Shown: positions 10,077-21,076, counted from the stretch's first letter. The stretch: 64,000 nt of DNA from Minisyncoccota bacterium (GCA_021734905.1 JAIPIB010000002.1:111386-175385), one strand, 5' to 3'. Notes: generated from the letters alone by a model not told the origin. Numbers and translations are program-made.

Positions 10077-10334
10077 TTATTTATAAAATTTAACGTATGG
10101 TTTGCCGTATAGACTTAAAACGTATAGCACACTCGCAACAAGTGTGTATTGATACCAGAGACCAATCTGTTCTCCGCTGAAGAAAATATCGACAAGGACA
10201 GCTAGGATCAGAAGCTCATACGGAGTCCATATGAGCGCATAGAAAAATGCGGCAATAATAAACACCTCCAATGGTGTGAATAGCGTCACAAGAAAAATTC
10301 CAATGAAGCAACTTATTCGAAGAAATACATACAT
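10077..10334 (-). CDS. small membrane protein, MreD-like by position
   Basis: hydrophobic 85 aa between mreC and mrdA. Confidence 0.5.
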   Translation of the reverse strand: MYVFLRISCFIGIFLVTLFTPLEVFIIAAFFYALIWTPYELLILAVLVDIFFSGEQIGLWYQYTLVASVLYVLSLYGKPYVKFYK

Positions 10335-10345
10335 AGAAATATTTT

Positions 10346-11308
10346 TTACTGGAAGTTTTGTTCTAACATCTGATCATCAGATCCTGATGCTGTTTTTTGC
10401 GTCGATATGAGTTTCCCGTCTTGACTCTGTGACAAATCAATTTTGAATAGTGACTGTTCGGCTTCATGCACGTTTTCAAGTGCTTCAACAAAAGATGTCC
10501 TTGTAATTGGGTGTGTCCCAATGTTCACCAGTCGAATTGACTGGAGTGATAAGTCAGATGCTATATAACCATACTGTTCCGGTTCCGTAGGAATCGACTG
10601 AACGTGAGCAATCTTTCCAACAACTCCTGTGTCGAGCGACGGCAAAATGACAACATTGTCTTTTTCAAGAATAACACCTTGAGGGACGCTCAACCGGACG
10701 ACACCACCACCCTCACCTCGTGCTGTTGCAAAAATATTTGGTCCAAAAATGTACACAGTAGCTTCAACTCCTGGTGATGAGAATAACGATACAATCGCTT
10801 CATTTTTATACACAGTCTGTATATAACCAACAGTTTGACCAGATCCTATGTACACAGGAGCATTTTTAGTAATACCATCATTCTCGCCCCTGTCAATTAC
10901 TAACGTATCGTACGGACTATATGGTGGGCGAGAAATGACTCCTGCTAAAATTCTAGGTGAACTTGTTGCCTTAAAGAATGAGTGCAACTCCTCGTTTTCA
11001 TCCCTAAGAAAAGCCATCATTACATCAGTACCTTGCTGTGCCGATACTTGCTGCTTTAAAGCATTAATTTCTTGAACAAGTTCAGTTCTATTACGAATAT
11101 ACATCGGGATTGTTGCGGAAGATTCTGCAAAGTACTGTCTTATTTCGTACACAGGAGCGATGATAAATGCAGAGAAACCTCTTAAAAATTCTTTTCCGAC
11201 AAGGAGTACAACAAAAACAATCAGGACTGGAATTAAATATTTCCAAAAACCAGAATTTTTATGATTGAGGGAATAATTCCCCTTCGTTTTCGATAAGAAG
11301 TTCTTCAT
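10346..11308 (-). CDS. mreC: rod shape-determining protein MreC
   Basis: TM, coiled coil, AGVISRPP..YDTLVIDRGENDGI..PV; 5' end overlaps mreB. Confidence 0.8.
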   Translation of the reverse strand: MKNFLSKTKGNYSLNHKNSGFWKYLIPVLIVFVVLLVGKEFLRGFSAFIIAPVYEIRQYFAESSATIPMYIRNRTELVQEINALKQQVSAQQGTDVMMAFLRDENEELHSFFKATSSPRILAGVISRPPYSPYDTLVIDRGENDGITKNAPVYIGSGQTVGYIQTVYKNEAIVSLFSSPGVEATVYIFGPNIFATARGEGGGVVRLSVPQGVILEKDNVVILPSLDTGVVGKIAHVQSIPTEPEQYGYIASDLSLQSIRLVNIGTHPITRTSFVEALENVHEAEQSLFKIDLSQSQDGKLISTQKTASGSDDQMLEQNFQ

Positions 11309-12329
11309 AATTTTCTAAATTCTCAAGTACCATTCCAATTCCACGAACTACTGCTCGGAGCGGGTCTGGAACGACGATAACAGAAAGTCCCAGTACACTT
11401 TCAAGTAATTTTGGGACTCCAGGGATAAGCGCTCCGCCACCTGAAAGAGTGATTCCTCGCTGCATAACGTCCGCAAGTACCTCAGGTGGTGTGCGTTCAA
11501 TAACGTCCCGAGTCGCTTCCACAATAGCATTAATTGAACCCATAATTGCTTCTCGAACGTCACTGTCTGTAATGACAACTTCCCGTGGCAAGCCTGTCAC
11601 GACATCTCTTCCTCTAACAATGATTTCTTTAGATTCTCCGTGTTCTTCGACAGAGGCGAGTGCGATTTTTGTATCTTCAGCTGTTCGATCACCAACAAGG
11701 ACTTTGAACTGATCTCGAATATACGTCATGATATCTTGATTGAGGCGATCACCTGCGACACGCAAATTTTTGGCCGTGACAATTCCACTCAGTGATATAA
11801 CTGCAATATCTGTCGTTCCACCACCTATGTCAATTATCATACTTCCCTGCGGTCTATGGATAGGAAGCTTTGCTCCAATAGCAGCAGCAATAGGCTCTTC
11901 TATCAGGTAGACTTCACGCGCTCCGGCATTTTTAGCTGCATCTCGCGCTGCACGCATCTCAACAGAAGTGATCCCAGAAGGAACCCCAATGAGTACACGT
12001 GGGGCAATTATAGTACTTGTCCCCATTCGAACCTTCGCAATAAGATATGCGAGCATTTCCTCTGTTACTTCAAAATCAGAAATGACTCCATTTTGAAGCG
12101 GACGAACGACCTCAATATGCGTTGGCGTTCTACCTTGCATTGTTTTAGCCTCGCTTCCAACAGCCACAAGTTGGCCAGTTTTCTTATTAAAAGCCACAAT
12201 CGTTGGCTCGTTTTGAACAATCCCCTTACCTCTTACGTAGACGAGGGTATTTGCTGTACCAAGATCAATACCAATATCTGTTGATAGTGACCCTAGTATT
12301 TTTTCGATGTAAGAAGAAATTTTGTTCAT
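11259..12329 (-). CDS. mreB: rod shape-determining protein MreB
   Basis: IGIDLGTANT, EEPIAAAIGA, DIGGGTTD, LSGGGAL. Confidence 0.95.
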   Translation of the reverse strand: MNKISSYIEKILGSLSTDIGIDLGTANTLVYVRGKGIVQNEPTIVAFNKKTGQLVAVGSEAKTMQGRTPTHIEVVRPLQNGVISDFEVTEEMLAYLIAKVRMGTSTIIAPRVLIGVPSGITSVEMRAARDAAKNAGAREVYLIEEPIAAAIGAKLPIHRPQGSMIIDIGGGTTDIAVISLSGIVTAKNLRVAGDRLNQDIMTYIRDQFKVLVGDRTAEDTKIALASVEEHGESKEIIVRGRDVVTGLPREVVITDSDVREAIMGSINAIVEATRDVIERTPPEVLADVMQRGITLSGGGALIPGVPKLLESVLGLSVIVVPDPLRAVVRGIGMVLENLENYEELLIENEGELFPQS

Positions 12330-13591
12330 TATGAATTAGCACCTAAAAATTTATGATGAAGTTCCTCCTCAGTCAAATAATGTACAGTGCCGTTTGCTCG
12401 CTCAACAACTTCAAACTTTCCTTCTTCTTTAGTCTTTTTACTTACCACTATGCGATATGGCATACCCAAAAGGTCACTGTCATTGAATTTTTCACCCGCA
12501 CGCACGTCCCGATCATCATAGAGAACGTGAACACCATTATCATTAAAAGTATTATACAAACCATTGGCAAAGTCTTTAATCTCTTCATTATCTCCAGAGA
12601 GCTCTACTAGATGTACCTGGTACGGAGCAATGCTTTCTGGCCAAACAATCCCTTTATCATCCGAAAATTTTTCAACGACAACGCCCATGAGGCGAGTGAT
12701 CCCAATTCCGTACGACCCCATCCAAATAGGAATATTTTCTCCTGACTCATCCTTAAATGTAAGACCAATATCCTCTGCTTTTTGTCGTCCAAAATTAAAT
12801 ATATTTCCCACTTCTGCAGTCTTTGCCATCTGCAATTCGTCACGTGTGATGCCAAGTTTCGTGAGTGTTTCATCATTTAATACCTCTTCATTGATTGCAA
12901 TATTTTTTTCACGATTGAAGTAAACAACGTCTTCTCCTGCGTCTGTAATGGTTTGAAATTCATGTGAAAACTGTGTAAATGCACCACCAGAAGCAAAGGT
13001 AATGAATGTGTCTTCGGCTATACCGAGACGTGCATATACTCGCATGTATGCATCCATAGTCGCATTGTAGAAAGCAGTATGGTCTTCCTCTCCAACACAG
13101 AACGAATACATATCCTTCATAACGAACTCTCTGCCACGCATAATACCGCTCTTTGCTCGAAGTTCATTGCGGAGCTTGGTCTGAAACTGGTAAACATAGA
13201 CAGGAAGATCCTTATAGCTTGAAATATAGTTTTTCATCATTTCACCAATCGGTTCCTCATGACTCCATCCAAAACCCACTTCTCCTCCAGCTTTGAGTTC
13301 TGACTTAAACCATACATCAACCATTGAGTCATCCCATCTATTCGTTCGTTCCCAAATTTCCTTCCGCTGCAAAGCAGTCATAATGAGTTCTTGGCCTCCT
13401 ACAGCATTCATCTCCTGTCGAGTTATCTCCTTTATCTTCTCGAGAACACGAATACCGAGAGGAAGATATGCGTAGACGCCAGCCATTTCCTTGTGTACAT
13501 ATCCAGCACGTATTAGCAGCTGAGCATTGTGCGATGTCTCATCTGCAGGAACCTCCTTGCGCGTTTTTGTAAATAAACGAGATTGCTTCAT
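12329..13591 (-). CDS. proS: proline--tRNA ligase, short form lacking INS editing domain
   Basis: LLIRAGY, SHEE, QFQTKLRNELRAKSGIMRGREFVMKDMYSF, MGSYGIGITR; start ATG 13591. Confidence 0.9.
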   Translation of the reverse strand: MKQSRLFTKTRKEVPADETSHNAQLLIRAGYVHKEMAGVYAYLPLGIRVLEKIKEITRQEMNAVGGQELIMTALQRKEIWERTNRWDDSMVDVWFKSELKAGGEVGFGWSHEEPIGEMMKNYISSYKDLPVYVYQFQTKLRNELRAKSGIMRGREFVMKDMYSFCVGEEDHTAFYNATMDAYMRVYARLGIAEDTFITFASGGAFTQFSHEFQTITDAGEDVVYFNREKNIAINEEVLNDETLTKLGITRDELQMAKTAEVGNIFNFGRQKAEDIGLTFKDESGENIPIWMGSYGIGITRLMGVVVEKFSDDKGIVWPESIAPYQVHLVELSGDNEEIKDFANGLYNTFNDNGVHVLYDDRDVRAGEKFNDSDLLGMPYRIVVSKKTKEEGKFEVVERANGTVHYLTEEELHHKFLGANS

Positions 13592-13798
13592 ACATACTAG
13601 ATTACCCAATAATAAAACTCCTCCAACAAACACAGTACAAAAACTTACCTGCCTGAACAAGAAGAATACTTGTGATTTAACTATTCTATCGTCAAACAGC
13701 GCGACGGTAAAGAACTACTGTTTTGCATCCAAAACCAGCACACACCGCAATAGAGCTAGTCTAGTTAATGAATACCAGCAGTACTATAGTTAGAATTC

Positions 13799-14893
13799 TT
13801 AAATAAGTCTTGCAACATCATTCCACGTCACAACAATCATAAGAGAAATAAGGAGTAGAAAACCAAATGTGTTAAGTACTGCTACATATCGAGGCGCAAT
13901 CGGTGACCCCTTTACTGCTTCGATAATCACAAAAAGTAGTCTCCCCCCATCAAGAGCTGGGAATGGCAGAATATTTATAACAGCAAGATTAAGGGAAATA
14001 AATGCCGTAAACATAAGAAGAGCTGTAACACCGAATGCTGATGTCTCTCCAACGAGACCGACAATTCCAACAGGTCCGGCAATCTGTGAATAGTCTGCTC
14101 GCATAAGGACTGTGTCAACAAGGAGTTGTGAAATTCCAACAACAATATCTCTAGTACTTGTTATTGTATAGATAAATGAATCAGATACAGCATTCACAAA
14201 TGAGCGTTGCACAGTATCAACCTGAACCATCGCAATACCAATTGCATGTTGAGAGGGGTTATCAGAAATAATCCCGGGCTCAGAAGCAAGTCTCACAACA
14301 TTTGGTTCTCCTTTATACACAGAGACAACGGTGAGTGGTGTTTCAACATGTGTAGCAACAAATGCGCTAAATGTTGATGGTTTTAAAACATCAAGTGTCT
14401 CGCCTCCAGCCTCAACACTTTTTACAACTGTACCTGGTAGTATCCCAGCACGCTCCGCAGGACTACCAGCAAGAACATCGGTAATAGTAAGTTTTGCATT
14501 TTCAGTCGCGTTATCTTCTGATACTGACGTCTGGACACCAATACCGAAAGCAATTGCAACAAGAAACCAAGCAAACAAAATGTTCATGCTAATACCAGCA
14601 ACAAGAACCGCGCTTTGAGCCCATTTACTCTTTGATGCAAAAGAACCTTGTGTATACTCTTTATTAACAGAATCATCAAAAGAATCTTCACCAAATATTT
14701 TTACAAATCCACCTATGGGAAACAAATTAAAACTGTACAGGGTGTCACCTCGCCGAATGCCGAAAAGTCGAGGTGGGAATCCAATACCGAACTCATCAAC
14801 ACGCATTCCTGTCCATTTTGCGATAGCAAAATGCCCCAACTCATGAACAAGGACTAGCACAAAAAGAACACCTAAAAAAAGGAGAATTGACAT
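13799..14893 (-). CDS. rseP: RIP metalloprotease RseP (site-2 protease with PDZ)
   Basis: HELGH, FGIGFPP, GSPAERAGI PDZ, NILPFPALDGG. Confidence 0.9.
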   Translation of the reverse strand: MSILLFLGVLFVLVLVHELGHFAIAKWTGMRVDEFGIGFPPRLFGIRRGDTLYSFNLFPIGGFVKIFGEDSFDDSVNKEYTQGSFASKSKWAQSAVLVAGISMNILFAWFLVAIAFGIGVQTSVSEDNATENAKLTITDVLAGSPAERAGILPGTVVKSVEAGGETLDVLKPSTFSAFVATHVETPLTVVSVYKGEPNVVRLASEPGIISDNPSQHAIGIAMVQVDTVQRSFVNAVSDSFIYTITSTRDIVVGISQLLVDTVLMRADYSQIAGPVGIVGLVGETSAFGVTALLMFTAFISLNLAVINILPFPALDGGRLLFVIIEAVKGSPIAPRYVAVLNTFGFLLLISLMIVVTWNDVARLI

Positions 14894-14894
14894 A

Positions 14895-15446
14895 CTACTG
14901 ATTAATTTCTTTTTCCTTTAGATCAAAATGTTTTTCGAGTGTCAAATTAAAAGTATCGACTCGCTTCTGTAAGTCCTCCTTTGTAGAGAATTTTGTATCT
15001 TGGCTTATTTCTCCTGACTTCTCGAGACTATCAATTTCTTTTACAGCTTCATCTCGAGCACCTCGAAGTGATACTCGTGACTCCTCGAGTTTAGATTTTG
15101 CAATTTTAAGAAGTTGAATACGTCGTTCGCTTGTTAATTCTGGGAAGATTACACGAACTCCGGCTCCATCAGCAGCAACGGAGACTCCAAGATCTGCATC
15201 AGTAATAGCACGTTCAACTTCTTTTATGACTGCTTGGTCCCATACAGAAATACGTAGTGTTCGTGCATCCTCAACACTCACTGAACCAACCTGCTGAATC
15301 GGTACACGTGCACCATATGACTCAATAAGGACAAGGTCAAGAAGCATCGGTGTTGCTCTCCCTGTCCGAATACTTGAAAACTCACGTTCAAGCCAACTAA
15401 CAACTTCCGTACCCCTTTCTTCAAAATTTTTTACTGCATGTGGCAT
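14895..15446 (-). CDS. frr: ribosome recycling factor
   Basis: SIRTGRATP, PELTSERR, KEKEI. Confidence 0.9.
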   Translation of the reverse strand: MPHAVKNFEERGTEVVSWLEREFSSIRTGRATPMLLDLVLIESYGARVPIQQVGSVSVEDARTLRISVWDQAVIKEVERAITDADLGVSVAADGAGVRVIFPELTSERRIQLLKIAKSKLEESRVSLRGARDEAVKEIDSLEKSGEISQDTKFSTKEDLQKRVDTFNLTLEKHFDLKEKEINQ

Positions 15447-15553
15447 ATAATGTTCATTCTAACGCATTTCTTCCTCTTCTCAAAGAGAAATCTTAACGTT
15501 ATTAAATCCTTATTGATAATTAATTTACTTAACTCACACAAACAGTACACAAC

Positions 15554-16165
15554 CTACGTTCCTAAAGGAAGTGTAAGTGCGATATGTTCTAGAAGCATTT
15601 TTTTTGAACTTCCATTGGTATGGATGTAGGACTCAAGAATAAGAACGTCACGCATCAGGTCCAGATTTTTTTGGGTATGCGCATACAGACTTAGTCCCAT
15701 GACGATTTCCTGTACTAACTTTGTAGCATCGTCACTATCGAGAATCTGTGTAATATGAATCAACCGATCTTTATATTGCGCTACTTTGAACTTTTCAAAC
15801 TCCTGAAAAATTTTTACATTTTCTTCTTCAATTACCATTCTGTGCAGCCTTGATAATAGTGTCGGGAGGAGTCCATCTGCACGTGGCATAATCAAATAGA
15901 AGATCGTATGGCTGTTTGGTTCCTCAAAAAGTTTAAGCAGTGCATTTTGTGCTTCGCGAAGTATTGATGAACAGACAATAACAAAACTGCGATACGTTCG
16001 ATTGATCGGTCGCATGTTCGCTTCATGGGTAAGTGCACGAACATGAGCGATGGTGAGTTTGTCATGTTGAATGACAGAGACATCTGCTCCAGGTACTTTG
16101 TCTTCTAGAGGTACCTGAGCAAGCGCCTGATCTGTCTCTCCGATGAGTAAATTTGCATGGTGCAT
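15554..16165 (-). CDS. truncated DNA polymerase III delta-prime-like subunit
   Basis: HHANLLIG, EAQNALLKLFEEP, LLPTLLSR; no P-loop or Zn cluster. Confidence 0.7.
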   Translation of the reverse strand: MHHANLLIGETDQALAQVPLEDKVPGADVSVIQHDKLTIAHVRALTHEANMRPINRTYRSFVIVCSSILREAQNALLKLFEEPNSHTIFYLIMPRADGLLPTLLSRLHRMVIEEENVKIFQEFEKFKVAQYKDRLIHITQILDSDDATKLVQEIVMGLSLYAHTQKNLDLMRDVLILESYIHTNGSSKKMLLEHIALTLPLGT

Positions 16166-16186
16166 ACGCGTATATGTAGCATACTA

Positions 16187-17848
16187 CTACACGTTGCGTC
16201 TCTTGAGAATTCTTTGAAGTACTCGACGTAAATAGTGTTCAAAAGTCTCAGCTATGGTATAGGCAATACCCTGTTCATGCCGCCAGGCATCAACATATTC
16301 TTTAATAGCTCTTAAGGTCTTAGGGTCAGATCCTTCCCATCGTCCAGATACTACTTCCCCCATACTTAATGAAGCCAGTTTGAGATAGAGTGGATGTTCA
16401 GATCCTCCGGGGCCGGTGCCAAACAAACCACTTCCGTCAAAGATGGACCACTCATGAAGAAGTTGATTCAATGCAGTTGATATCTCAGGAGTAACCAAGT
16501 CTGACTGTTGGGGGGCGGCGATATTGGTTGTGGTAATATTTTCTTTTATAGAATCTGCTTGCTTTATTTCTTGTGAAGGCGGAATGTTGTTTTGAACCGA
16601 ACCTTCTTTCTCTTTCGGAAAAGAAGCAAACGGGTTATCTTTCTTCTCTGGGATATTCTCCGGTATCGTCACAGGCGCTGGTTTATCTTCAAGAAATGCC
16701 TGCCCAGAAGCAGGTGAAGGAATCGTCTGAATATTAGTTTTTTCTTGAGAAGGTTCTTCTGCATTAATTGATGGAGGTGTCGTCATTGGAGTCGCTGAAG
16801 TTTTAATCACATCTTTAACCGCTGTTTGTTCTTCTTGTGGTTCTACCTCTTTTATATCCTTTTTTATAACAGAGTCCTTAGTCGAAGCTATGTCTATTTC
16901 TTCTTTTTTATCATATTCTGACGCAACCTCTTCTTTTTTAACTTCATGTATTCGTATTTCCGGTACCGTTTTCTTATTTTCGTTACTTTTTATCAATTCC
17001 TGAAATGCATTCTCAAGAGTATTCATCAGTCCATCTACTCCCTCAGTTCCGTTTCCACCAGTAGCCTTAAGTGCGCCAAGAAGTGCTGTCATGTACGCCC
17101 TTCCGAGAACATTTTCTGGATCAACAAGAGCAACTGGGTTGCCATAATGTTCATTCACGATTCGTTTAATTTCTGAAATTCTTGTTTTATGTTCTTCAAG
17201 GGTTCTAAATATTTGTTTCGGTGCTTCTTCTACTTTCGTTTCGACAACTACCGGTGCTGTAATGTCTGTAGTTCTGTTTACACCCAACTGGTCACTTTCG
17301 CTCAAAACATTAGCTGATTCATGATGCTGTTGTTCAATATCGTTCGGTAACACAACGACACCATTTTCACTCTTTGTATCATTGTCCTCCTGTTGAACAC
17401 GACCAAACGTTGGCTGCAATCTTCGTGAACTTGTCGCAGGGACAGATCTTTTTTGATCTGAAGCAGTTGCAGACTTCTGAGTATCATTCTGGACTATGTT
17501 AGGTTTACCTGAAAACTCATGAGCGCCACTTTGCACAAGATCTTTCTGTTGAAGCTCACGCGGCTTAGCTTGAACTAAATCATTCCTTTGTGGAGTATTT
17601 TGGTTTGTCTTGCCAAATTTTGCAATAACAACACTAATTTGTTTTTTGAGTTCAGCATCACCACCATGTTGAGCATACTGCAAAATAAGGTCTCTAAAAT
17701 CAGAATATTCTGAAGCGTCAGTTAATTTTTCTTTTGCAGTTCGAAGGACTTCAGTAAGACCTTGCCAACTTTGCAAATCAAAGACAGAAGGCTCTACTGC
17801 CTTTCCGCTATGTACAACCGCACTTTGTAAAGTACTATTCCCTCCCAT
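16187..17848 (-). CDS. hypothetical protein with three folded blocks joined by long low-complexity linkers
   Basis: 553-aa ORF; conserved-looking C-terminus WSIFDGSGLFGTGPGGSEHPLY...WRHEQG. Confidence 0.75.
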   Translation of the reverse strand: MGGNSTLQSAVVHSGKAVEPSVFDLQSWQGLTEVLRTAKEKLTDASEYSDFRDLILQYAQHGGDAELKKQISVVIAKFGKTNQNTPQRNDLVQAKPRELQQKDLVQSGAHEFSGKPNIVQNDTQKSATASDQKRSVPATSSRRLQPTFGRVQQEDNDTKSENGVVVLPNDIEQQHHESANVLSESDQLGVNRTTDITAPVVVETKVEEAPKQIFRTLEEHKTRISEIKRIVNEHYGNPVALVDPENVLGRAYMTALLGALKATGGNGTEGVDGLMNTLENAFQELIKSNENKKTVPEIRIHEVKKEEVASEYDKKEEIDIASTKDSVIKKDIKEVEPQEEQTAVKDVIKTSATPMTTPPSINAEEPSQEKTNIQTIPSPASGQAFLEDKPAPVTIPENIPEKKDNPFASFPKEKEGSVQNNIPPSQEIKQADSIKENITTTNIAAPQQSDLVTPEISTALNQLLHEWSIFDGSGLFGTGPGGSEHPLYLKLASLSMGEVVSGRWEGSDPKTLRAIKEYVDAWRHEQGIAYTIAETFEHYLRRVLQRILKRRNV

Positions 17849-17905
17849 ATTTCATGATTGTAACACTCTCTGTTTTAAAATTTATCGAATTGACGTTGAT
17901 AACTT

Positions 17906-20638
17906 CTAACTCATGTACCGTGCACGAATTTCTGCATCAACAATTTCTCGTGACGTCCCATATCGAAGTGATGAAAATTCAATCATTTGTTTTGCATACT
18001 CAAGATCTGTGTCATTCGGCTTTATTGTATGAATACTAAATGGTGTAGTTGGTGAGCCATCAGAAAGTAATCGTACGTATGCATTTCTGTTTTCAATATT
18101 AACCAAATCGCTCGCAGAAAAAACTGGTTCAAACTGTTTTGCAAGAACCTCTGCATCGTCCGTACCTACGCGAAATGCCGCAATAGAGCCAATGTTTCCA
18201 AAAATAGAATCCCTAATTCCTTCCTCTATCTGCGCAATATATTGATGCGCAATAGTTAGCCCAAGTTTATATTTCCTTGCTTCAGAAAGAATACTCGATA
18301 TCGAGTCAGTTGTAACATTTTGAAACTCATCTATATAAAGGTAGAACGGTGGAGCCGACTTACTCACATCGTCGACCCTTGAGAGTGCAGCCATGAGAAT
18401 CTTCCCAACAATTATCATTCCAATTAAATTTGAGTTAATTTCACCAAGTTTCCCTTTCGAAAGATTAACAAGAAGGATTTTTTTAGAGTCCATAATCTCT
18501 CTAAAATTAAACGATGATTTTTGCTGACCAATAATAGGGCGCATGTAGTCATTTGCCGTAAAGACATCGAATTTAGAAACAATGTAAGGGACAATATTTT
18601 CAAGTGAAGCCTCTCCCCCTGCTTTAGATGCAATTTGTTTCCAAAATTGTACAACGACTGGGTTCTTTGCCTTACTCAATTTATATGCGCGATATTCTGC
18701 ATCTGCCATTACACGAGAGATATCGAGTAAGGTGCTTCCAGACTCTGGATCTTCAAGAACAAGCAGGGTCGCATTTCTAAAATATTGTTCAAACATTGGA
18801 CCCATTGATTCAGGGTTTCCACCGTACAGTTTTTGGAAGATAGAGAAAAGTTCATTAACGACAAAAGTTTTTTGCTCGGGAAATCGTGGATCAAAATCAA
18901 GCATATTGAGACCTATTGCTGTGTCCATGTTTGATGGATCAAAATAAATAAGATCATCCATACGCTCTGGAGGAATAGTCGAAAGGACATCAAAAATATC
19001 AGTACCGAGTGGGTCAATCATACAAACACCAGCTCCCTCTTGAATGTCTTGAGCAATCATGTTCTTAAGAAGAGTCGTCTTACCGGTACCGGTTTGTCCA
19101 ATAACATAGAAATGCCTCAATCGGTCTTCAGGAGTGAGGTATATCTTTTTCTTTGTGTTACGAAATTCATTCTCACCCAAGAGTGTTCCGTGGACTGGCA
19201 TATCAATTGGTGCAGGAGCATGCTTTGCACGAGATTGTTTAAACTGAGGTGATGACTCGACTCCTTCAGAGGGAAAATGAATAAGGGTTGAGAGTTCCGT
19301 GAGTGACAATGGCATCTTTTGGGATGCAACATACTCTCGAAATGAAAATGCTTTCAGTCCTCGTATTTTATTAATACCTTTCTGTCGATTTGCCACGAGC
19401 TGATTGCCACGTGTATTTTGAAACTGATTAAAACTTGATTCGAGTTCCGTGAGAATTTGATTTGCTCGCTCATCCGTTTGAGCAGAAACCACAAGTCGAA
19501 TGTTTGTATTTATGATTGGTGAAGAAATTTTTGTATTAAAAAGCTCAATTTTCTCTGTATTAATTTTTGATTCTGGATACTCTTCTTTTTGATTACTTGA
19601 TGCAAATCCTGCAGCAAAGCCTTTAAAGCCTTCAAATAATTCACCTCCGAGCGTACTCTTGCGTATAGCAACATCAGTCTCCTCACCTTTTTCCATCCGA
19701 TGAGTAATACCTCCATACGTATGGTTATAGAACTCAGCATCACCTGAGATAACGACCTGGACTGATGCACCACCACCATCCCGTTCGATTTTTGAAAAGG
19801 CATTAAGTAGAACAGCAAGCGGATCATTCTCAAAAGCATCATGCATCTTCAGTGGATAAATTGGATGTTTCTTTTGGGAGAGGACAGAGAGCATACTTGA
19901 TCCACCGTCAACAAAAATATTGTAATCATTTTGCTGCTCCAAGAGTACAGCATGAGGAAAGAGTGAAAGAGCTTGTTTTTCAAAAAGATTCACAAACTCG
20001 TTTGGCACGCTTACATAAAATATAATGTCATCTCGCTTGTCCGAGACAGCAATTTCGAGCGTATAGTGAAGTTTCTGCTTCCCACCAGAAATGGTCTGCA
20101 TTCCAGCATAAAATTGCTCCATTCCAGAAAAGAGAGATTTTATATTTTCCGTATGCTCATCTTCCTTATTTCTTGGAAGTGCAATTTCATACAAAGTCAT
20201 ACTAAGTACTTTCCATAGAGGGGCTCCTTTTTCAAGGTCTGCGATTTTACTTTCGCCACGAAGTTTCGCTACCATATTACGATGTACCTCATCAGTTAAA
20301 AATGGGTCGCTCATTTTTTCCAGCACTGAAAGAGCGTTCCGAACACCTTTCTCCTCAGCAAGCACTAGGATCTGATCAACTTTATGTGTGGCTGTTTCAA
20401 GCGATGCATGTGCTGTTGAAATTTCTCTTGCGTCAAAAGCGTGATTCTTGTTAAGAACAACAGAAGGATCATGTTCAGCGTATTCACGCATTACTTCCTT
20501 ACCAATAGTCTCATGATCAATAGAATCAATATCCTTATTTCGTTCAAGTAATTCACGTTCACGTCGCGCGACTTCCGTACGCAAAAAAGCGATCTCTTCA
20601 TCCGGCGAAGAAAATTTTTTCAGTGGCGTTTGTTCCAT
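17906..20638 (-). CDS. VirB4/TraD/HerA-like P-loop ATPase (type IV secretion coupling-like)
   Basis: RHFYVIGQTGTGKT Walker A, YLYIDEFQN Walker B, SEARKYKLGLTIAHQY, GNIGS..FRVG. Confidence 0.85.
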   Translation of the reverse strand: MEQTPLKKFSSPDEEIAFLRTEVARRERELLERNKDIDSIDHETIGKEVMREYAEHDPSVVLNKNHAFDAREISTAHASLETATHKVDQILVLAEEKGVRNALSVLEKMSDPFLTDEVHRNMVAKLRGESKIADLEKGAPLWKVLSMTLYEIALPRNKEDEHTENIKSLFSGMEQFYAGMQTISGGKQKLHYTLEIAVSDKRDDIIFYVSVPNEFVNLFEKQALSLFPHAVLLEQQNDYNIFVDGGSSMLSVLSQKKHPIYPLKMHDAFENDPLAVLLNAFSKIERDGGGASVQVVISGDAEFYNHTYGGITHRMEKGEETDVAIRKSTLGGELFEGFKGFAAGFASSNQKEEYPESKINTEKIELFNTKISSPIINTNIRLVVSAQTDERANQILTELESSFNQFQNTRGNQLVANRQKGINKIRGLKAFSFREYVASQKMPLSLTELSTLIHFPSEGVESSPQFKQSRAKHAPAPIDMPVHGTLLGENEFRNTKKKIYLTPEDRLRHFYVIGQTGTGKTTLLKNMIAQDIQEGAGVCMIDPLGTDIFDVLSTIPPERMDDLIYFDPSNMDTAIGLNMLDFDPRFPEQKTFVVNELFSIFQKLYGGNPESMGPMFEQYFRNATLLVLEDPESGSTLLDISRVMADAEYRAYKLSKAKNPVVVQFWKQIASKAGGEASLENIVPYIVSKFDVFTANDYMRPIIGQQKSSFNFREIMDSKKILLVNLSKGKLGEINSNLIGMIIVGKILMAALSRVDDVSKSAPPFYLYIDEFQNVTTDSISSILSEARKYKLGLTIAHQYIAQIEEGIRDSIFGNIGSIAAFRVGTDDAEVLAKQFEPVFSASDLVNIENRNAYVRLLSDGSPTTPFSIHTIKPNDTDLEYAKQMIEFSSLRYGTSREIVDAEIRARYMS

Positions 20639-20694
20639 ATTACTATCATACCCTGCTTACGCACCAGAGTAAGTACATGTAGGGGGAAAATATA

Positions 20695-20738
20695 AAATAA
20701 AAACGGCCGGTGAATGAGAAGATTCCCATTCACCGGCC
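20695..20738 (-). terminator. intrinsic terminator of the orphan gene
   Basis: GGCCGGTGAATG/CATTCACCGGCC stem; A-run on + gives a U-tail on -. Confidence 0.75.
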
Positions 20739-20755
20739 TGTACCAGCCTATCCTT

Positions 20756-21076
20756 TCACATCGTCCGCACGATGCAAGGCAACGTCTCAACCTCTGGCGG
20801 CCTAAGGAACATTTGCTTCACATCGTAACGGACATAACGTTGTACCGTGATGGTGCATACACCATCAGCGGATACTGTTCTCGTTTGTCGAACGCGAACG
20901 AGACCTGAGCCAGATGATGCATCGAGAGTCGTATTCATGACCTCATTGTGAGCTTTCCCGTTTCCCGACCAAACTTGAAGAGTGAAGACTCCAAGGGCCC
21001 AAAGGAGAACAGTAAAAATTGAAGCTACCAAAACAGTTCCGAAGTTCAACCACTTAAATCTCCATTTGTTGTTCAT
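20756..21076 (-). CDS. hypothetical single-TM protein
   Basis: AAAGGAGAGG SD before ATG 21076; one TM; own terminator. Confidence 0.6.
   Translation of the reverse strand: MNNKWRFKWLNFGTVLVASIFTVLLWALGVFTLQVWSGNGKAHNEVMNTTLDASSGSGLVRVRQTRTVSADGVCTITVQRYVRYDVKQMFLRPPEVETLPCIVRTM

Noticed and set aside
13592-13798. T-box or riboswitch upstream of proS
   Set aside because: No T-box consensus or terminator is visible; a -10-like TAATCT lies directly before the ATG.
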